A stretch of DNA of 64,000 nt, taken from contig NC_043000.1 of assembly GCF_006345805.1 (NCBI RefSeq), positions 125,116,001-125,180,000 on the forward strand. The letters are read 5' to 3'. Below, piece after piece: positions 37,498 through 51,134 of the stretch (position 1 is its first letter; each line of letters opens with the position of its first letter). A program made the translations under genes and the position numbers. The notes under the pieces were generated by a model, which did no database searches, was not told the origin of the DNA, and saw nothing but the letters and a program-made list of their open reading frames with translations. This DNA comes from Octopus sinensis (taxonomy: Eukaryota).

Positions 37498-38210
37498 CCC
37501 AGGAAGACCTGGGATAAGGTGGTGAAGCATGACCTTCGAACATTAGGCCTCACCAAGGCAATGACTAGTGACTGAGACCTTTAGAAATATGCTGTGCTTG
37601 AGAAGACCCGGCAAGCCAAGTGAGACCATAACCTCATGGCCTATGCCAGGGGTGTAACCAGCCCACTTATGCGTACCTTTCTTTCATTGGACACTAAACT
37701 CTGCTTGCGAAGACCTGTTGAGGCAAGTGAAATCGAAATCGAAATCAAATTCGATGACTGGCATCCGTGCTAGTGGAGCACTAAGAGCACCATCTGAGTG
37801 CAATCGTTGCCAGAGTGCTGACTGGCTTCTGTGCTGGTGGCACATAAAAAGTACCATTCTAGTGTGATCATTACCAGCATTGACTTACTGGCACTTGTGC
37901 CGGTGGCACGTGAACAAAACATTCAAGCGAGGTCATTGCCAGTGCTGCTTGACTGGCTCCTATGCAGGTGACACATAAAAAACACCATTTGAGCATGGCC
38001 ATTCCCAGTACCTCCTGACTGGCCCTCGTGCCATTGGCACTTAAAAGCACCCACTACACTCTCGGAGTGGTTGGCGTTAGGAAGGGATCCAGCTGTAAAA
38101 ACTCTGCCAGATCAGATTGGAGCCTGGTGCAGCCATCTGGTTTGCCAGTCCTCAGTCAAATTGTCCAACCCATGCTAGCTTGGAAAGCAGACGTTAAACG
38201 ATGATGATGA
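37498..38210 (+). mobile_element. 5'-truncated RTE-clade LINE: ORF2 C-terminus, 3' UTR and (GAT)n tail
   Basis: PRKTWDKVVKHDLRTLGLTKAMTSD*DL*KYAVLEKTRQAK* (37498-37623; RTE-type RPRKTW...DR..W with stops consistent with decay), continuing into the family C sequence. Confidence 0.85.
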
Positions 38211-38674
38211 AATCTAATAAAATAAAATAAATAGGTCAAGTTGACATGGCAAGCCACATCCAATTTGGACGTATCAAATTAGGAAAACATTAAAAACACA
38301 TTAATGTTAAGTTCTAAATTACATGATTATATAACCCAATTGAAATAGTACAAGTAGACTATAAGGCAACATGCAAAAAATTATTCTGAAGACTTAATAA
38401 ACATGCAGTCTCTATTAAGGTTATGTTTCAATTAAGTTTTGCCAATGAAATGGTGTTTCTGGGGGTATAAAATTATTGAAGCTAGTATTCAAGTGAAGGA
38501 TTTCAAATATCAATAATTTGCTTTCCATTATTCTTCTGCTTTTATTTGGCTTTTTTCCTATGTTTTAGCCTAACCATCAAATATATGCCACATTACATTT
38601 AGTTAAGCATGCAATATCAGAGTGTAGGAGATGAACATGGCATTGATATGTAGCCTAAATATTACTGGTAACAA

Positions 38675-39030
38675 AGGCAATGAGCTGGCAGAAACGTTAG
38701 CATACCGGGCGAAATGCTTAGCGGTATTTCATTTGCCGTTACGTTCTGAGTTCAAATTCCACCGAGGTTGACTTTGCCTTTCATCCTTTCAGGGTCGATA
38801 AATTAAATACCTGTTATGCACTGGGGTCGATATAATCGACTTAATCCGTTTGTCTGTCCTTGTTTGTCCCCTCTGTTTGTAGCCACTTGTGTGCAATAAA
38901 GAAATAAGAAATGTTAGCATGCAGGGTGAAATGCTTAGTGGTATTTCGTCTGTCTTTATGTCCTGGGTTCAAATTCCGCTGAGGTCAGTTTTGCCTCTCA
39001 TCCTTTCAGGGTTGATAAATTAAGTACCAA
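38675..39030 (+). mobile_element. Family B SINE plus a second partial unit
   Basis: Consensus match. Confidence 0.8.
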
Positions 39031-39949
39031 TTTGTGACAGATCCACATCTGAAAGGCTTCTAACTTCTTCACCATTGCTTTGTATATTGTCCAAATTTCT
39101 GACCTATGGAGAACAGCTGGCATTAAATTTCATTGATACAGCTTTGGTCAATTCAAGAATAAATTAGAAAACACATGATGCCAAAACCACATGGTTTCAA
39201 AACAAAGTTCTTAAACAAACAACCTGCACCATCAACTCTGTATTCTTGTATTCTTCTGTCTTAAAGCAGAAAGGACACGATTGAACAATATAATTCTATA
39301 TACGCAAACAGATGAGATGGTCAAGGCTAGAATGTCTTTGATCATAGATCTGCTCAGAGCTGAATGGAGCAAAACAATCTTTTTAGTTCACTATCACTGT
39401 TCTAACCGATTGATTATAGGTGTAAGGCCACAATTTATCAGAAGCAAGGGCACAGTTTGTTAAATTGCCCTTGGTGATTAGGGTGGTGCACTCACATGCA
39501 CAAAATCATGGGTTCAATTCCTACACTGGGCAGTACATTGTGTTCTTGAGCAAAACATTTTAATTCAATGTTGCTCCAGACCACTCAGCTGTAAAGGAGA
39601 AACCCTGTGATGCACAGGCATCCCGTTTAAGGGAGAAATGTTGTGATTTCAGTGACTAATATGTTGTGCAAACTGAGTAACCTGCCATATGAGTACTAGG
39701 ACTCAAAACAGTAATGTCTAATGGTTGTGGTTGTTGTTGTTGATGAATATGATGGTGGTAGTGGTGGTAGTGGTGGCGGCGGCGGCGGTGGTGGCGGCAG
39801 CGGCGGCGGTGGCAGTGGTGGTGCTGATGATAGTGATGATAGTGATGATGATGATGATGATGATGGTGAGGAGGAGGAGGAGGACAATGATGATGATGAT
39901 GATGATGATGGTGTATTTGACTGGTGCATTTTTTTTCCTCTCTTATCAG

Positions 39950-40126
39950 TCTTCAGAAGCATGAAAGCCAAACCGAACCGGGTGTGAATTGAACTCGGAA
40001 AACACTTTGAACTGCAAAATAAGATACCACAAGCTCAATATTCCATACAAATTGATTTGTCCAAGAAAGAAGAACCGAATCCGCGTGACTGCAGACCGAA
40101 CTAGGCTATGAGATTTGGAAGGCTAG
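39950..40126 (+). other. Candidate spliced exon (non-coding or first coding exon)
   Basis: Strong acceptor TTTTTTTCCTCTCTTATCAG| at 39949, donor CTAG|GTGAGA at 40127, unique CpG-rich sequence. All three frames are closed from the acceptor; ATG at 40108 would give MRFGRL. Confidence 0.3.
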
Positions 40127-40764
40127 GTGAGATTAACTGTTGTTAATATTGAATTTGAACTGATGGAGATTAGTCAGAAGTCATTCGGAGGGCAGAAAAC
40201 TATTTACTTATGTATTCACTTAAATATCTGTTTATGGAATTGGTTCACTCAATACCAATACTTTTGGTATATTTATTTTTACTCTTATTTATTTTTTGCC
40301 CATAAAATACAAAAACAAAAACAAACAAAAAAAAACGGATAGAAAAACAAACTTTGTTTTACATTATCATTTGTATGTAGGTCTGCAGCTTCATCAATAA
40401 ATCTTGATATGTACTCAACATATAACCAATAATGTTTAAAGCATAGAATTGATTTTCTGTTGCAAGCTGATCTACAACCGAAACTTCAAACATCAGGCTT
40501 GCATCCCATAGCTAAATGTACTGCTATATTGTCGTGTTCTTCACTCAAAATCATTTATTAATCTACTTCCAGTCAATGATTTAGAAGTATTCAGTGGTAC
40601 TGAGAGCTAGCAAAGTGCTCCACGCACCAACTGGAAATATTTTCACAGCTGACATTAGACACAAGCACGGCTATGTGGTTTAGAAGACTGTTTCCAAACC
40701 ATGCAATTTCAGGTTCTATCGCACTGCACAGCAGCTTGGACAGTAGGCATCTTTTATAACCCAG

Positions 40765-41170
40765 GGCCAGCAAAAGCCTTGTGAGTGAATTTGATACTCT
40801 TATTCTCTTTACTTGATTCAGTCATTTGACTGTGGCCATGCTGGAGTACCGCCTTTAGTCAAGCAAATCGACCCCAGGACTTATTCTTTGTAAGCCTAGT
40901 ACTTATTCTGTCGGTCTCTTTTGCCGAACCGCTAAGTTACGGGATGTAAACACACCAGCATCGGTTGTCAAGCGATGGTGGGGGGGGGGGGTGCAAACAC
41001 CCACACAAAAACATATACACACACATATATATATATACATATATACGATGGGATTTTTTCAGTTTCCATCTACCAAATCTATTCACAAGGCTTTGGTTGG
41101 CCTGAGGCTGTAGTAGAAGACACTTGCCCAAGGTGCCACGCAGTGGGACTGAACCCGGAACCATGTGATA
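40765..41170 (-). mobile_element. SINE family A copy
   Basis: Reverse-complement match. Confidence 0.8.
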
Positions 41171-41578
41171 TGTAGAAACTGAAAAGAAGTCCAACACACA
41201 CACACACATATATATGCAAATGTATGTGTGTGTGTGTGTATGTATTTGTTTATATATGGATATATGCATGTTTATATATGTATGTATGTACGTATATGCA
41301 TTTGTGTGTTGTATGTGTGTGTGTGTGTGTGCGTGCGTGTGTGTGTGTGTGGTGTGTGTGTGTGTGTTTGTGTTACCTTGCTTTGACATTGAGTATATGT
41401 AAACATCATTCATTTCCAATATTCTGCAAAAACATGTCTGGCCACGAGAAACTATTACTTTTCTTGGAAACAGGTGACAATTGGCTACAGGAAGGATAAC
41501 TGGCCATTGAAGATTCTGCCTCAACAAACTCAGACTAACCCACATACACATAATGAAACATGCATACTAAAATGATGT

Positions 41579-41613
<35 letters not shown>

Positions 41614-41905
41614 GTGACAATGATGATGATGACAACCTGGCACAAAGCCATTTCCCTCAACGCTACTCCCTCTCTCAGTTGAGGGATATTTGTCTTGCAA
41701 GTTACTTGGTCGCCTTGCCAGTGAGGATGCCATGAAAGAAGCACCTCGCAGACTCTGTAAAATGGTTAGCATTAGAAAGGGCATCAAGTCGTAGAAACCA
41801 TGTTAAACCCGACATTGAAACTTGGCACAGTCCCCTTATTAAACTGTCCAACTCATGCCTAGCATGGAAAATAGATGTTAAATGATGATGATGAGGATGA
41901 TGATA

Positions 41906-42250
41906 TCTATATATATAAAACTGAGAATGTGTGTCTGATGACTATGTCTATATATATATAAAACTGAGAGTGTCTGTCTGTGTGTGTGTGTCTGTGTGTG
42001 CATCACTAAAACTCAAGAACTACCCAACCAATTTCATTCAAATTTTATACATGCATTACTTTAGGGTCCATGGAGTGTCATGGGCCAAAAAATTGTCAAC
42101 TTCCTGCCTAATGCGAGCCCAGAACAATCTCATACATTATTGCGGTATTATGCGTCAAAAGTGAAACAATAGCATCTCTATTGTAATGTGAGATAATAGT
42201 TTCAGTTTTAATACTTTCACTATTAACAGTTTCACTATTAATACGTTCAC
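41906..42250 (+). mobile_element. 3'-truncated non-autonomous Helitron-like element (duplicated 5' end)
   Basis: A|TCTATATATATAAAACTGAGAATGTG at 41906 and again at about 41947; body homologous to 43475-43760. Confidence 0.6.
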
Positions 42251-43474
42251 TACATGGAAACTGAAAGAAACTGAACGTCATATACATGTGTATATTTGTT
42301 GCTTGACAACCGATGTTGCTGTGTTTGCATCCCTGCATCTTAGTCATTTGGCAAAACACATCAATAGAATAAGTACTAGGCTTATTACTTTGCCAGATTA
42401 GATTGAAGCCTGGTGCAGCCTTCTGGCTCTCCAGACCTCAGTCAAATCATCTAACCCATGCCAGCATAGAACGTGGACGTTAAACGATGATGATGATGAT
42501 GATACTCTTTTACTCTTTTACTTGTTTTAGCCTTGCAGCCATGCTGATGCTGGAGCACCACCATGTATGTGTATATATATACATATATATGTACATCATC
42601 ATCACTGCTTAACGTCCGTTTTCCTTGCTAGCATGGGTTGGACTGTTCAACCGGGGTCTGGGAAGCCAGGAGGCTGTACTAGGCTCCAGACTGATCTAGC
42701 AGTGTTTCTACAACTGGATGCCCTTCCTAACGCCAACCACGCCGTGAGTGTAGCTGGTGCTTTTTACATGCCACCAGTCAAGGTGGTGCTGGCATCGGCC
42801 ACGTTTGGATGGTGCATTTTACATGCCACCACGGTATGGGTATCACAAATACAATTTCCATTTGATTTTTATTTTGATGTTGATGTACTTGACTCAATAG
42901 GTCTCCTCAAGCACAGCAGGTCGCCCTACAATCCAAGGTAAGCACACACACACACACACACACATACACACACACACATATATATATATCATCTCCATGC
43001 ATAACATATATATGTATATATATAGTCAATTCAAATAAATGAGCAAAATTAACGAACAAGGAGAGGACATGCACAAGAAATGTATAAGCTTGATGCTTGA
43101 TGAAAAGAGAGAGTTTGATGTTTTGAGCATAGCTCTTCATTGGAAAGGAGAAAGGGAAAAGTCCTCAGAAGGAAAAAAAAAATCACCAACAGCACATGTG
43201 CAATGTAATTACTCACGTGCTGTAATTACATTGCTGAAGTGACCGGTGAAGTATAGGGTGCAATCATAGCTGTCTGATTGAGAAGTGTGCATTGCAACCA
43301 TGTGATTTTCAGTTCAGTCACGCTTCATACAGTCTTGGACAAATGTCTTTTACTATAGTCTGGAGCTGGTCAAAGCCTTGTGTGTGAATTTAGGAATTTG
43401 GTTGATGGAAACTGAGACAAGATCATCTCACACATATACACATGTGTGTGTAAAAGTGCCCTTTTACATATATA

Positions 43475-44050
43475 TCTCTCTATATATAAAACTGAGAATG
43501 TGTCTGTCTGTCTGTGTGTTTCCCTATAACTTGAGAACTACACAACCAATTTTATTCAAATTTTACACATGCCTTACTTAGGGTCCGGGGAGTGTCATTT
43601 AACTTTTTGCCTAGGGCGAGCCCACAGCAATATCATATCTTCTCCACTCTTGAGAACTACACAACCAATTTCATTCAAATTTTACACATGCCTTACTTAG
43701 GGTCCATGTAGTTTCATGGGCAAAAAAAAATGTTCAACTTCTTGCCTAGAGTTTTATGTCAGATACTTTCACTTTAACAATAAAAATAATAATAACAATT
43801 GAATTATATGTAGTAAGTAATAATTAAAATCAAACTAAAGTATAATATAATCGTAACATAACAAACGTAATTCCAGTCTGTTATATATTTTGAGTATTGT
43901 TATCACTAGCGATATCAAAATATAACTTTGTATTTTGTATTTTATGTGTAGATGTATATATATAGATGTACGTGTAATATGTACACATATATATATACAT
44001 ATATACATGCACTAGCACTATGACCCGGCAACGACGGGTCATAATGCTAG
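43475..44050 (+). mobile_element. Non-autonomous Helitron-like element
   Basis: 5' A|TC, 3' hairpin TAGCACTATGACCCG-GCAACGA-CGGGTCATAATGCTA overlapping terminal CTAG|T, no TSD, internal duplicated GAGAACTACACAACCAATTT segment. Confidence 0.75.
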
Positions 44051-44226
44051 TCTACTATATATTTGTGAAATGGGCGGACATTGTCTCACAAGCAGTTGTG
44101 CTGGCAAAAGTGTTAGTAAATGTGGTCGGATTGACCTGGAAATTTGCACACCTATGTTAAAGGTGCTGGAGAGTTTGCATGGCAACTTTGAGTTTGCTCA
44201 GTTGAAATGTGTAGTATATATATATA

Positions 44227-44294
<68 letters not shown>

Positions 44295-45029
44295 CGTGTA
44301 TGAATACATGTATATCCGTTATATATATCAGCATGATTCAGTACAACCCCAAAAAACTGCTATTGCCAGTTGGTATCATTATGCTGTAGCCTGCACAATA
44401 AAATAGGAGATTTTATACACATATTGAAAAACAGGTGTATAGGGGTTGGTTATGCTCTGCTTCTGGGAAGACAACCTGTTTGCAAATGCCTTATCAGTGG
44501 TCCATACATTATGTGTGCATGATTCTATGCATGTTTGTATGTATGTATGTATATAAGTATGTATGTATGTATGTATGTATGTATGTATGTATGTATGTAT
44601 GTATTCATGCATGCATGTATGTATGTATGTTTATTCTATTTTATAATTATTATAAATCTTCCACTGAGGAGGGAGCTGGTATGTATGTATTTATGTATGT
44701 ATGTATGTATGTATGTATGCATGTATGTATGTATGCATGCATGCATATATTTATGTATGTATGTATTTATGAATGTATGTTTGTATGTATGCATGCATAT
44801 GTGTATAGGAATGTGTGCTGTGAGCATGTGATGACCTCGCTTTTTCTTGACGTTCCATAACATGACTGTTATGCAAGCAGTGTCATTCATTTGTAATTTT
44901 TCTTGAAAAAAAGACCAGGAATAGAGACATATCATTTTAGTTGGAAAGAGATAAAGGTGCATGACAGGGAAGGCATCCAACCATTGAATCTCTGCCTTCA
45001 CAAATTTTCTGCCTTGACCTTATCAAGCA

Positions 45030-45814
45030 TGGTGTTGCTGCTGCTGCTGATGATGATAATGATGATGTTGACAATGATGGCAATGGTGGTTGTGGTGGTG
45101 GTTTTGTTGCCCTGCTGCTGCTGTTGCTGCTGCTGCTGCTGATGATGATGATGATGATAATGATGTGATGATAATGATAATGACCATGATAATGATGATG
45201 ATGATCATGTGGTGGTGGTCGTCGTGTTGGTGGTGGTGGTTGTGATGGTGGTGGTGGTAGTGGTGGTGGTGGTGGTGATGGTGGTGGCAGTACTGCTGCT
45301 GCTGCTGTTGTTGTTAAGTAACAAGACGGGTAAGGGTGATTAGGTGATGGTCTAGGGCTTAGGGTTGGGGGACCCCAAACCTTAGAAAAAAAAAACTGGT
45401 CATCTTGTTGTAGTCGAAATCTCTTCATTTATGCCTGACACCACTGGGAAGTGGCCCTCGAAGTTGCTGGAGATGGAGATCTCCAGGTCCAAATTCTAGA
45501 ATGGCTGCTGCTGATGATGATAATGATGATGTTGACAATGATGGCAATGGTGGTTGTGGTGATGGTTTTGTTGCCCTGCTGCTGCTGCTGATGATGATGA
45601 TGATAATGATGTGATGATGATAATAATGATTATGATAATGATGATGATGATGATGTGGTGGTTGTCGTGTTGGATGTGGTGGTGGTAGTGGTGGTGGTGG
45701 TGGTGGTGGTGGTGATGGTGGTGGTTTTGGTGGTGGTGGTAGTGGCAGTACTGCTGCTGCTGGTGTTGATGATGGCAATGATGATGACAATGGTGGTTGT
45801 GACAGTGGTGGAGG

Positions 45815-45852
<38 letters not shown>

Positions 45853-45865
45853 ATACAGCTGATGT
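45030..45865. repeat. Duplicated compound trinucleotide block (two related copies about 465 bp apart)
   Basis: GCTGATGATGATAATGATGATGTTGACAATGATGGCAATGGTGGTTGTGG..GGTTTTGTTGCCCTGCTGC occurs at about 45045 and 45508. Confidence 0.85.
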
Positions 45866-47829
45866 AATTTTGAAGAACCATTCAGAATATACCAGCATAA
45901 GACAAGCAAAGCAAATGTAAGACAATATTGATAAAGGATATCATTTAAAAAAACATACGCACCATCATATGTAGCATATCACACGAAGCAAAATGTGAGA
46001 TGTTTGACTTGCACCGAAAAAGCACTCATTAATAAAAACGTGCAAGGGAAGCTGCAGATGAGAAGAGAAACAAAAGACAAACAAATGATTTCAAACTAAA
46101 AATTGTCACAAGCTTTTCTATATTAATTGCATTGATTCTGTGTTACTAAGTATCACATCGTCTTACATAAATGCAGCAGATTGTTTTTGAGCTAGCAATG
46201 GAAACATAAATTTATCTTGAAAAATATTACACAACTAATTTGGAAGTTTTCTGAAATAACCGTGTGCAAAAATATTGGAGGAAAAGAAAATGCCATGGAA
46301 TAATGAAAGTTCATAAATATATGTGGAATATTTAAAACAGAAATATAAATAGAAAAATGATTATAAAAAAAAGAAGACAAATCGAAGTTGCACAAATATA
46401 TATGTAGATGAATATAAATATATATATTTATATATATATATGTGTATATATATTTTTTTTTTCCTATCAAACACCAGATAATTTTCTCACTGTTACAATC
46501 AGAAAACTGTTTGGAGAATTGTTTGTATGTTTTAATGGTTTATTTAGAAGATTGTTTATTCAGAAAATTTTTATGTTTTATGAAAGTTTTCTCTTGATTT
46601 AGGAATTTATTTCTAACGGAAGAATTTTTGATATTCTAATGTTGTTTACGCCTGATATTTTCTAAGAAGATGTAGCCAAAAAATTTGCTGTTTTGTTTTC
46701 GTAGAAATATGCCTTAGACATTGGAAGAGATTCAGCTTTCCTTTTCATTTGGCCTTTCACGGATTAAATTATGAAGTGAATATTTTTTTTTATCTATTTT
46801 TCTCTTTAGAGCATTCGATATCTTACATTCAGTATATCATGCATGGAACAAACCAAGCATCTAATATCACATTTGAAGTTGCCAAAGAAATATTTCAAAG
46901 AACATTGAATAGCAAAAAGATAACATTATTTTGGAGCCAAGTTTATCAGAACAAAAAACTCTTTCTTCCAAAATGTTGACCTATTTGATGTAAATAATTT
47001 CCATTTGTTTTTGGTTCTCCAATAAAGTTTCATTTCTTTTATTTATATTTGATTTTAAATGCATTTTTATGCATTTTAGGTCATAGTAAACAGTGTTGCA
47101 AGTAAATTAGAAAAATATTATTCAATATTTTTATTCAAAAATGTTTTCGCTAAAGGAAGTATTTCTCATATTAGATATATGTGTCTAACAGCTTTTTTTT
47201 TCTCTCCAGAGTTTTACAATATATATACACAAACACATCCATCAATTAAAATCAAGTTATCAGTCCCAGATATTTTAAACAAAATTAAACTCAAGCAAAT
47301 AACATTCTGAGATCCACAAGATGAAGAATTCAATAACTTTCTGCTAAAATCTGTTGATATTCCATAAGAAAGACTCCCTTAATTTAGTTTTTATGTCTCT
47401 TCCTTCAACCATGCTCTATAAGTATAATTGCAATGAAGTCGAAACACAGATTGGATGGAGCCAGTTCACTCATGATAAACTAACGATGTCAGAATTTCAT
47501 TCTTAGCCACACTGGATCAATCCATCACAGAAAGCTGATACATTTTAGATATTTTCTCTACCATTTGTCTTATAAATCTTAAAATATTTCTTTTACAATT
47601 GCTACAATACATGAAGGCAGTATAAATGTATTTTCAGTGAAATATTTAAATTTGGAATGGCATTTCTTCCAGAAATATTTATGAATATGTAAGCCATAAT
47701 CAATCTTTTGTCTAGTGATGCGGCATTTGCAGATAAACTTAAATGCATGGATTTGAAACCAAAGAATCACTCATTAATTTGTTTTTACATCTGTTTTCCC
47801 ATGCTCACATAGGTTTGATTGGTATATTG

Positions 47830-48050
47830 ATTTCAAATTTTAATACAAGGCCGGAAAGTTTGAGGAAGGGGCTAAGTCAATTACATCAACCCCAGTGCTC
47901 AACTGGTACTCATTTAATCGACCCCACAAGAATGTAAGTGAAAGGCAAAATTGACATCAGCAGGATTTGAACTCAGAACATAAAGACGGATGGAATTCTG
48001 CAAAGCATTTTGCCTGATGTGCTAAGGATTCTGCCAGCTCACTGCCATAA
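47830..48050 (-). mobile_element. SINE family B copy (another partial at 48605-48755)
   Basis: Reverse-complement match. Confidence 0.75.
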
Positions 48051-48313
48051 TGGTTAGACCAATATATTATTAAGGCATTTTAGAGCTGGATGTCCTTCCT
48101 GTTGTTAACCTTCATCTGTTTTTCATGCCAGAACTCCCTTAATTCACATGACTTTGAAGGTACAAAACCAGGGTAAAGGACAACATCACAGCTTATAACT
48201 CAGTGACCTTTGGAGAAATGCAAATGTAAGCAGATACATACACACAAACTTGCTCACATACACACATACACATGTATATATGAATTAAAATTCTTCTGAG
48301 ATCGGAGGAATTT

Positions 48314-48462
48314 TGGTTGATGAAGTGTCATGAACACAAGAAGTGAGCCTTAGACTGGAACAAGTAATAATCCAAGGGAGCTAAGTCCAGTTTATACACT
48401 GAATCAGTTTGATTCCCTCAAGTTCCTGATATTTATTCTGGGTCATTTGATTTGTATGAGGT
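48314..48462 (-). pseudogene. Mariner transposase fragment (YSPDLAP region)
   Basis: Near-identical to 50421-50570, which translates YSLDLAPLDYYLFQSKAHF. Confidence 0.75.
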
Positions 48463-48764
48463 CATCCCTCTGGGGTCAATAAAATAAAGTACAGTCAAGT
48501 ATCAGGATGGGGGAAGGTTAATGCAATTGACTAACTCCCTACTCCTGAAATTTCTGGCCTTGTGCCAAACCTTGAAACGCTTTGTCTTTGAAACATCAGC
48601 TTAATAATCCTTTCTACAATATGCACGAGGCCTGGAGTTTTGGTGGGAGGGTGCTAATCGATTATATCAACCCCTAGGGCTTGACTTGCACTTATTTTAT
48701 GAACCCTGTAAAGATGAAAGGCAAAGTTGACCTCATCAGAATCTGAACTCAGAACTAGAACATA

Positions 48765-48933
48765 GGTGTAGGAGTGGCTGTGTGGTAAGTAGCTTGCTTA
48801 CCAACCACATGGTTCTGGGTTCAGTCCCATTGCGTGGCACCTTGGGCAAAGGTTTTCTACTATGGCCTCAGGCCGACCAAAGCCTTGTGAGTGGATTTGG
48901 TAGACAGAAACTGAAAGAAGCCCATCGTATATA

Positions 48934-49023
<90 letters not shown>

Positions 49024-49205
49024 ATATATATATCGTGACATATATTTGCCATTTGAATATGGCTAACCCCTAAGGGTGGATGCTACTGTAGTTTGTAGCC
49101 CCAGGAGGACACCTCCTCCAGCTGGCTATAGACACACTTTCTGTGCCCTATCAGTATTTGCGAAGGGAAGCCATCCTTCCCGTCTTCAACTCATGATACA
49201 CATAT

Positions 49206-49247
<42 letters not shown>

Positions 49248-49490
49248 GTGTGTGTGTGTGTGTGTATGTTTGTGTGTCTGTGTTTGTCTCTCCAACATTG
49301 CCTGACAATCGATGCTGGTGTGTTTACGTCCCCATAACTTAGTAGTTCAGCAAAAGAGACCAATAGAATAAGTACTAGGCTTACAAAGAATAAGTCCTGG
49401 GGTTGATTTGCTCGACTAAAGGCATGGCCACAGTCAAATGACTGCATGCCCACAGTCTGAAACAAGTGAATGACTGAAACAAGTAAAAAA
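48765..49490 (+). mobile_element. SINE family A copy with a ~170-bp unrelated insert (49033-49200) inside its (TA)n tract
   Basis: The A 5' half and 3' half flank a non-SINE segment bounded by TA repeats. Confidence 0.8.
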
Positions 49491-49864
49491 AAAGAGCAGA
49501 TGTAATACCACTAGGTATTTTGGTCTAGTGTGTTAATGATTCTGCAAGCTTATTGCCTTACATCAGCTTAATATTGGCAGAGACATTTTGCTAAATTCTT
49601 CCTTATTTTCAAAAGTAATTGAAACAAGGGTGATGTATTTGAACAGAAAGATGGTAACAAAAATAGACAGAAAAACTATTCGGATGCAAATTCTATATTG
49701 TCTTCTCATTAATAAAAACGTGGTGGAAAGCAGAGTAAAAATACTTCAGTAGTATTGTGTTGAGTCAAAAGTTGTGCAACGTTTTGGTAATTCATTTGCT
49801 TCATTCATCAAGTTACAAAAAATGGTATTCAAATTAGAGACCATCATGTTGCACTATCTGAAAC

Positions 49865-50330
49865 CACATTTCTTATTTCTTTACTGCCCACAAGGGGCTA
49901 CACACAGAGGGGACAAACAAGGACAGATAAATGGATTAAGTCAATTATATCGACCCCAGTGCATAACTAGTACTTAATTTATCGACCCCGAAAGGATGAA
50001 AGGCTAAGTCGACCTCGGCAGAATTTGAACTCAGAACATAATGGCAGACGAAATACTGCTAAGCATTTCACCTGGCATGCTAACGTTTCTTATTTATTGG
50101 CCACAAGGGTTTAAACATAGAAGGGACAAACAAGGACAGACAAAGGGATTGAGTCAATTACATCGACCCCAGTGCATAACTGGTACTTATTTAATCGACT
50201 CTGAAAGGATGAAAGGCTAAGTCAACCTTGGCGGAATTTGAACTCAGAACATAGTTGCAGACGAAATACCACTAAGCATTTCAACCAGCGTGCTTACATT
50301 TCTGCCATCTTGCCGCCTTTAAACCTATCT
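49865..50330 (-). mobile_element. Two tandem family B SINEs
   Basis: Reverse-complement matches. Confidence 0.8.
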
Positions 50331-50344
50331 GAAACCACATTTCT

Positions 50345-50570
50345 GCATGGTTTGATCCCATGCTGATACCAGTTCTTGTTCAAAATGAAGAACGCCGTCT
50401 CTACAGCTTCCACCTGCCCTTGGTTGATGAAGTGTCATGAACACAAGAAATGAGCCTTAGACTGGAACAAGTAATAATCCAAGGGAGCTAAGTCCAGACT
50501 ATACACTGAATCAGTTTGATTCCCTCATGTTCCTGATATTTATTCTGGGTCGTTTGATTTGTATGAGGCC
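50345..50570 (-). pseudogene. Mariner transposase C-terminal fragment
   Basis: YSLDLAPLDYYLFQSKAHF...NQGQVEA...WYQHGIK. Confidence 0.8.
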
Positions 50571-50630
50571 TTGTGTTGTCTTGCTGCAGAAGAACTCATT
50601 TTCTGTAAAGAAATGGGATTTTTACCTTTT

Positions 50631-50910
50631 GACCGGCAGATTTAGAAAATAATTTTTTGTAACTAAACACTTTCAAACTTCGTATACTGGTAGAATGTGT
50701 TATATAAAACATCTTTTACTCGTAATGTTTTTTGAGAAAAGTTTATATTTACGAAGTTATTTCGTGTTAAAGTTGTAATATTTCAGTAATTTCGACCAAT
50801 CAATAACATGTATTCAGCTGAATAAAATTACTGCCGTTCTTTGTCAACAACAACTATCGGCAGTTTGAAAGTGTTTAGTTAGAAAAAATTATTTTCTAAA
50901 TCTGCCGGTC
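50631..50910. mobile_element. MITE with about 50-bp TIRs
   Basis: GACCGGCAGATTTAGAAAATAATTTTTTGTAACTAAACACTTTCAAACT at left and AGTTTGAAAGTGTTTAGTTAGAAAAAATTATTTTCTAAATCTGCCGGTC at right; no clear TSD. Confidence 0.85.
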
Positions 50911-51134
50911 CACAATGGCATACATCTGCTCCAGCTGTTTGGAGTTCATCTTCACATTGTTGGATCAACCATTAAGAACAAACTTGTCATGAATAAACCC
51001 TTTCGTAATTCCACTAGATGCAGAGAGTCACTTTCTGTTCAAAACACCCATGTTTGGTGAGAATTTCTGGAAGTTGGCTCTTGTTTAACCGCTGCTTATG
51101 CACTTCAGGATTGCAAAAACAATATCTCCCTTGT

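Noticed and set aside
47270-47650. Minus-strand frame that reads protein-like if TGA is ignored
   Set aside because: Stop density (about 8 in 125 codons, including TAA) is near random for this AT content; no recognisable motif.
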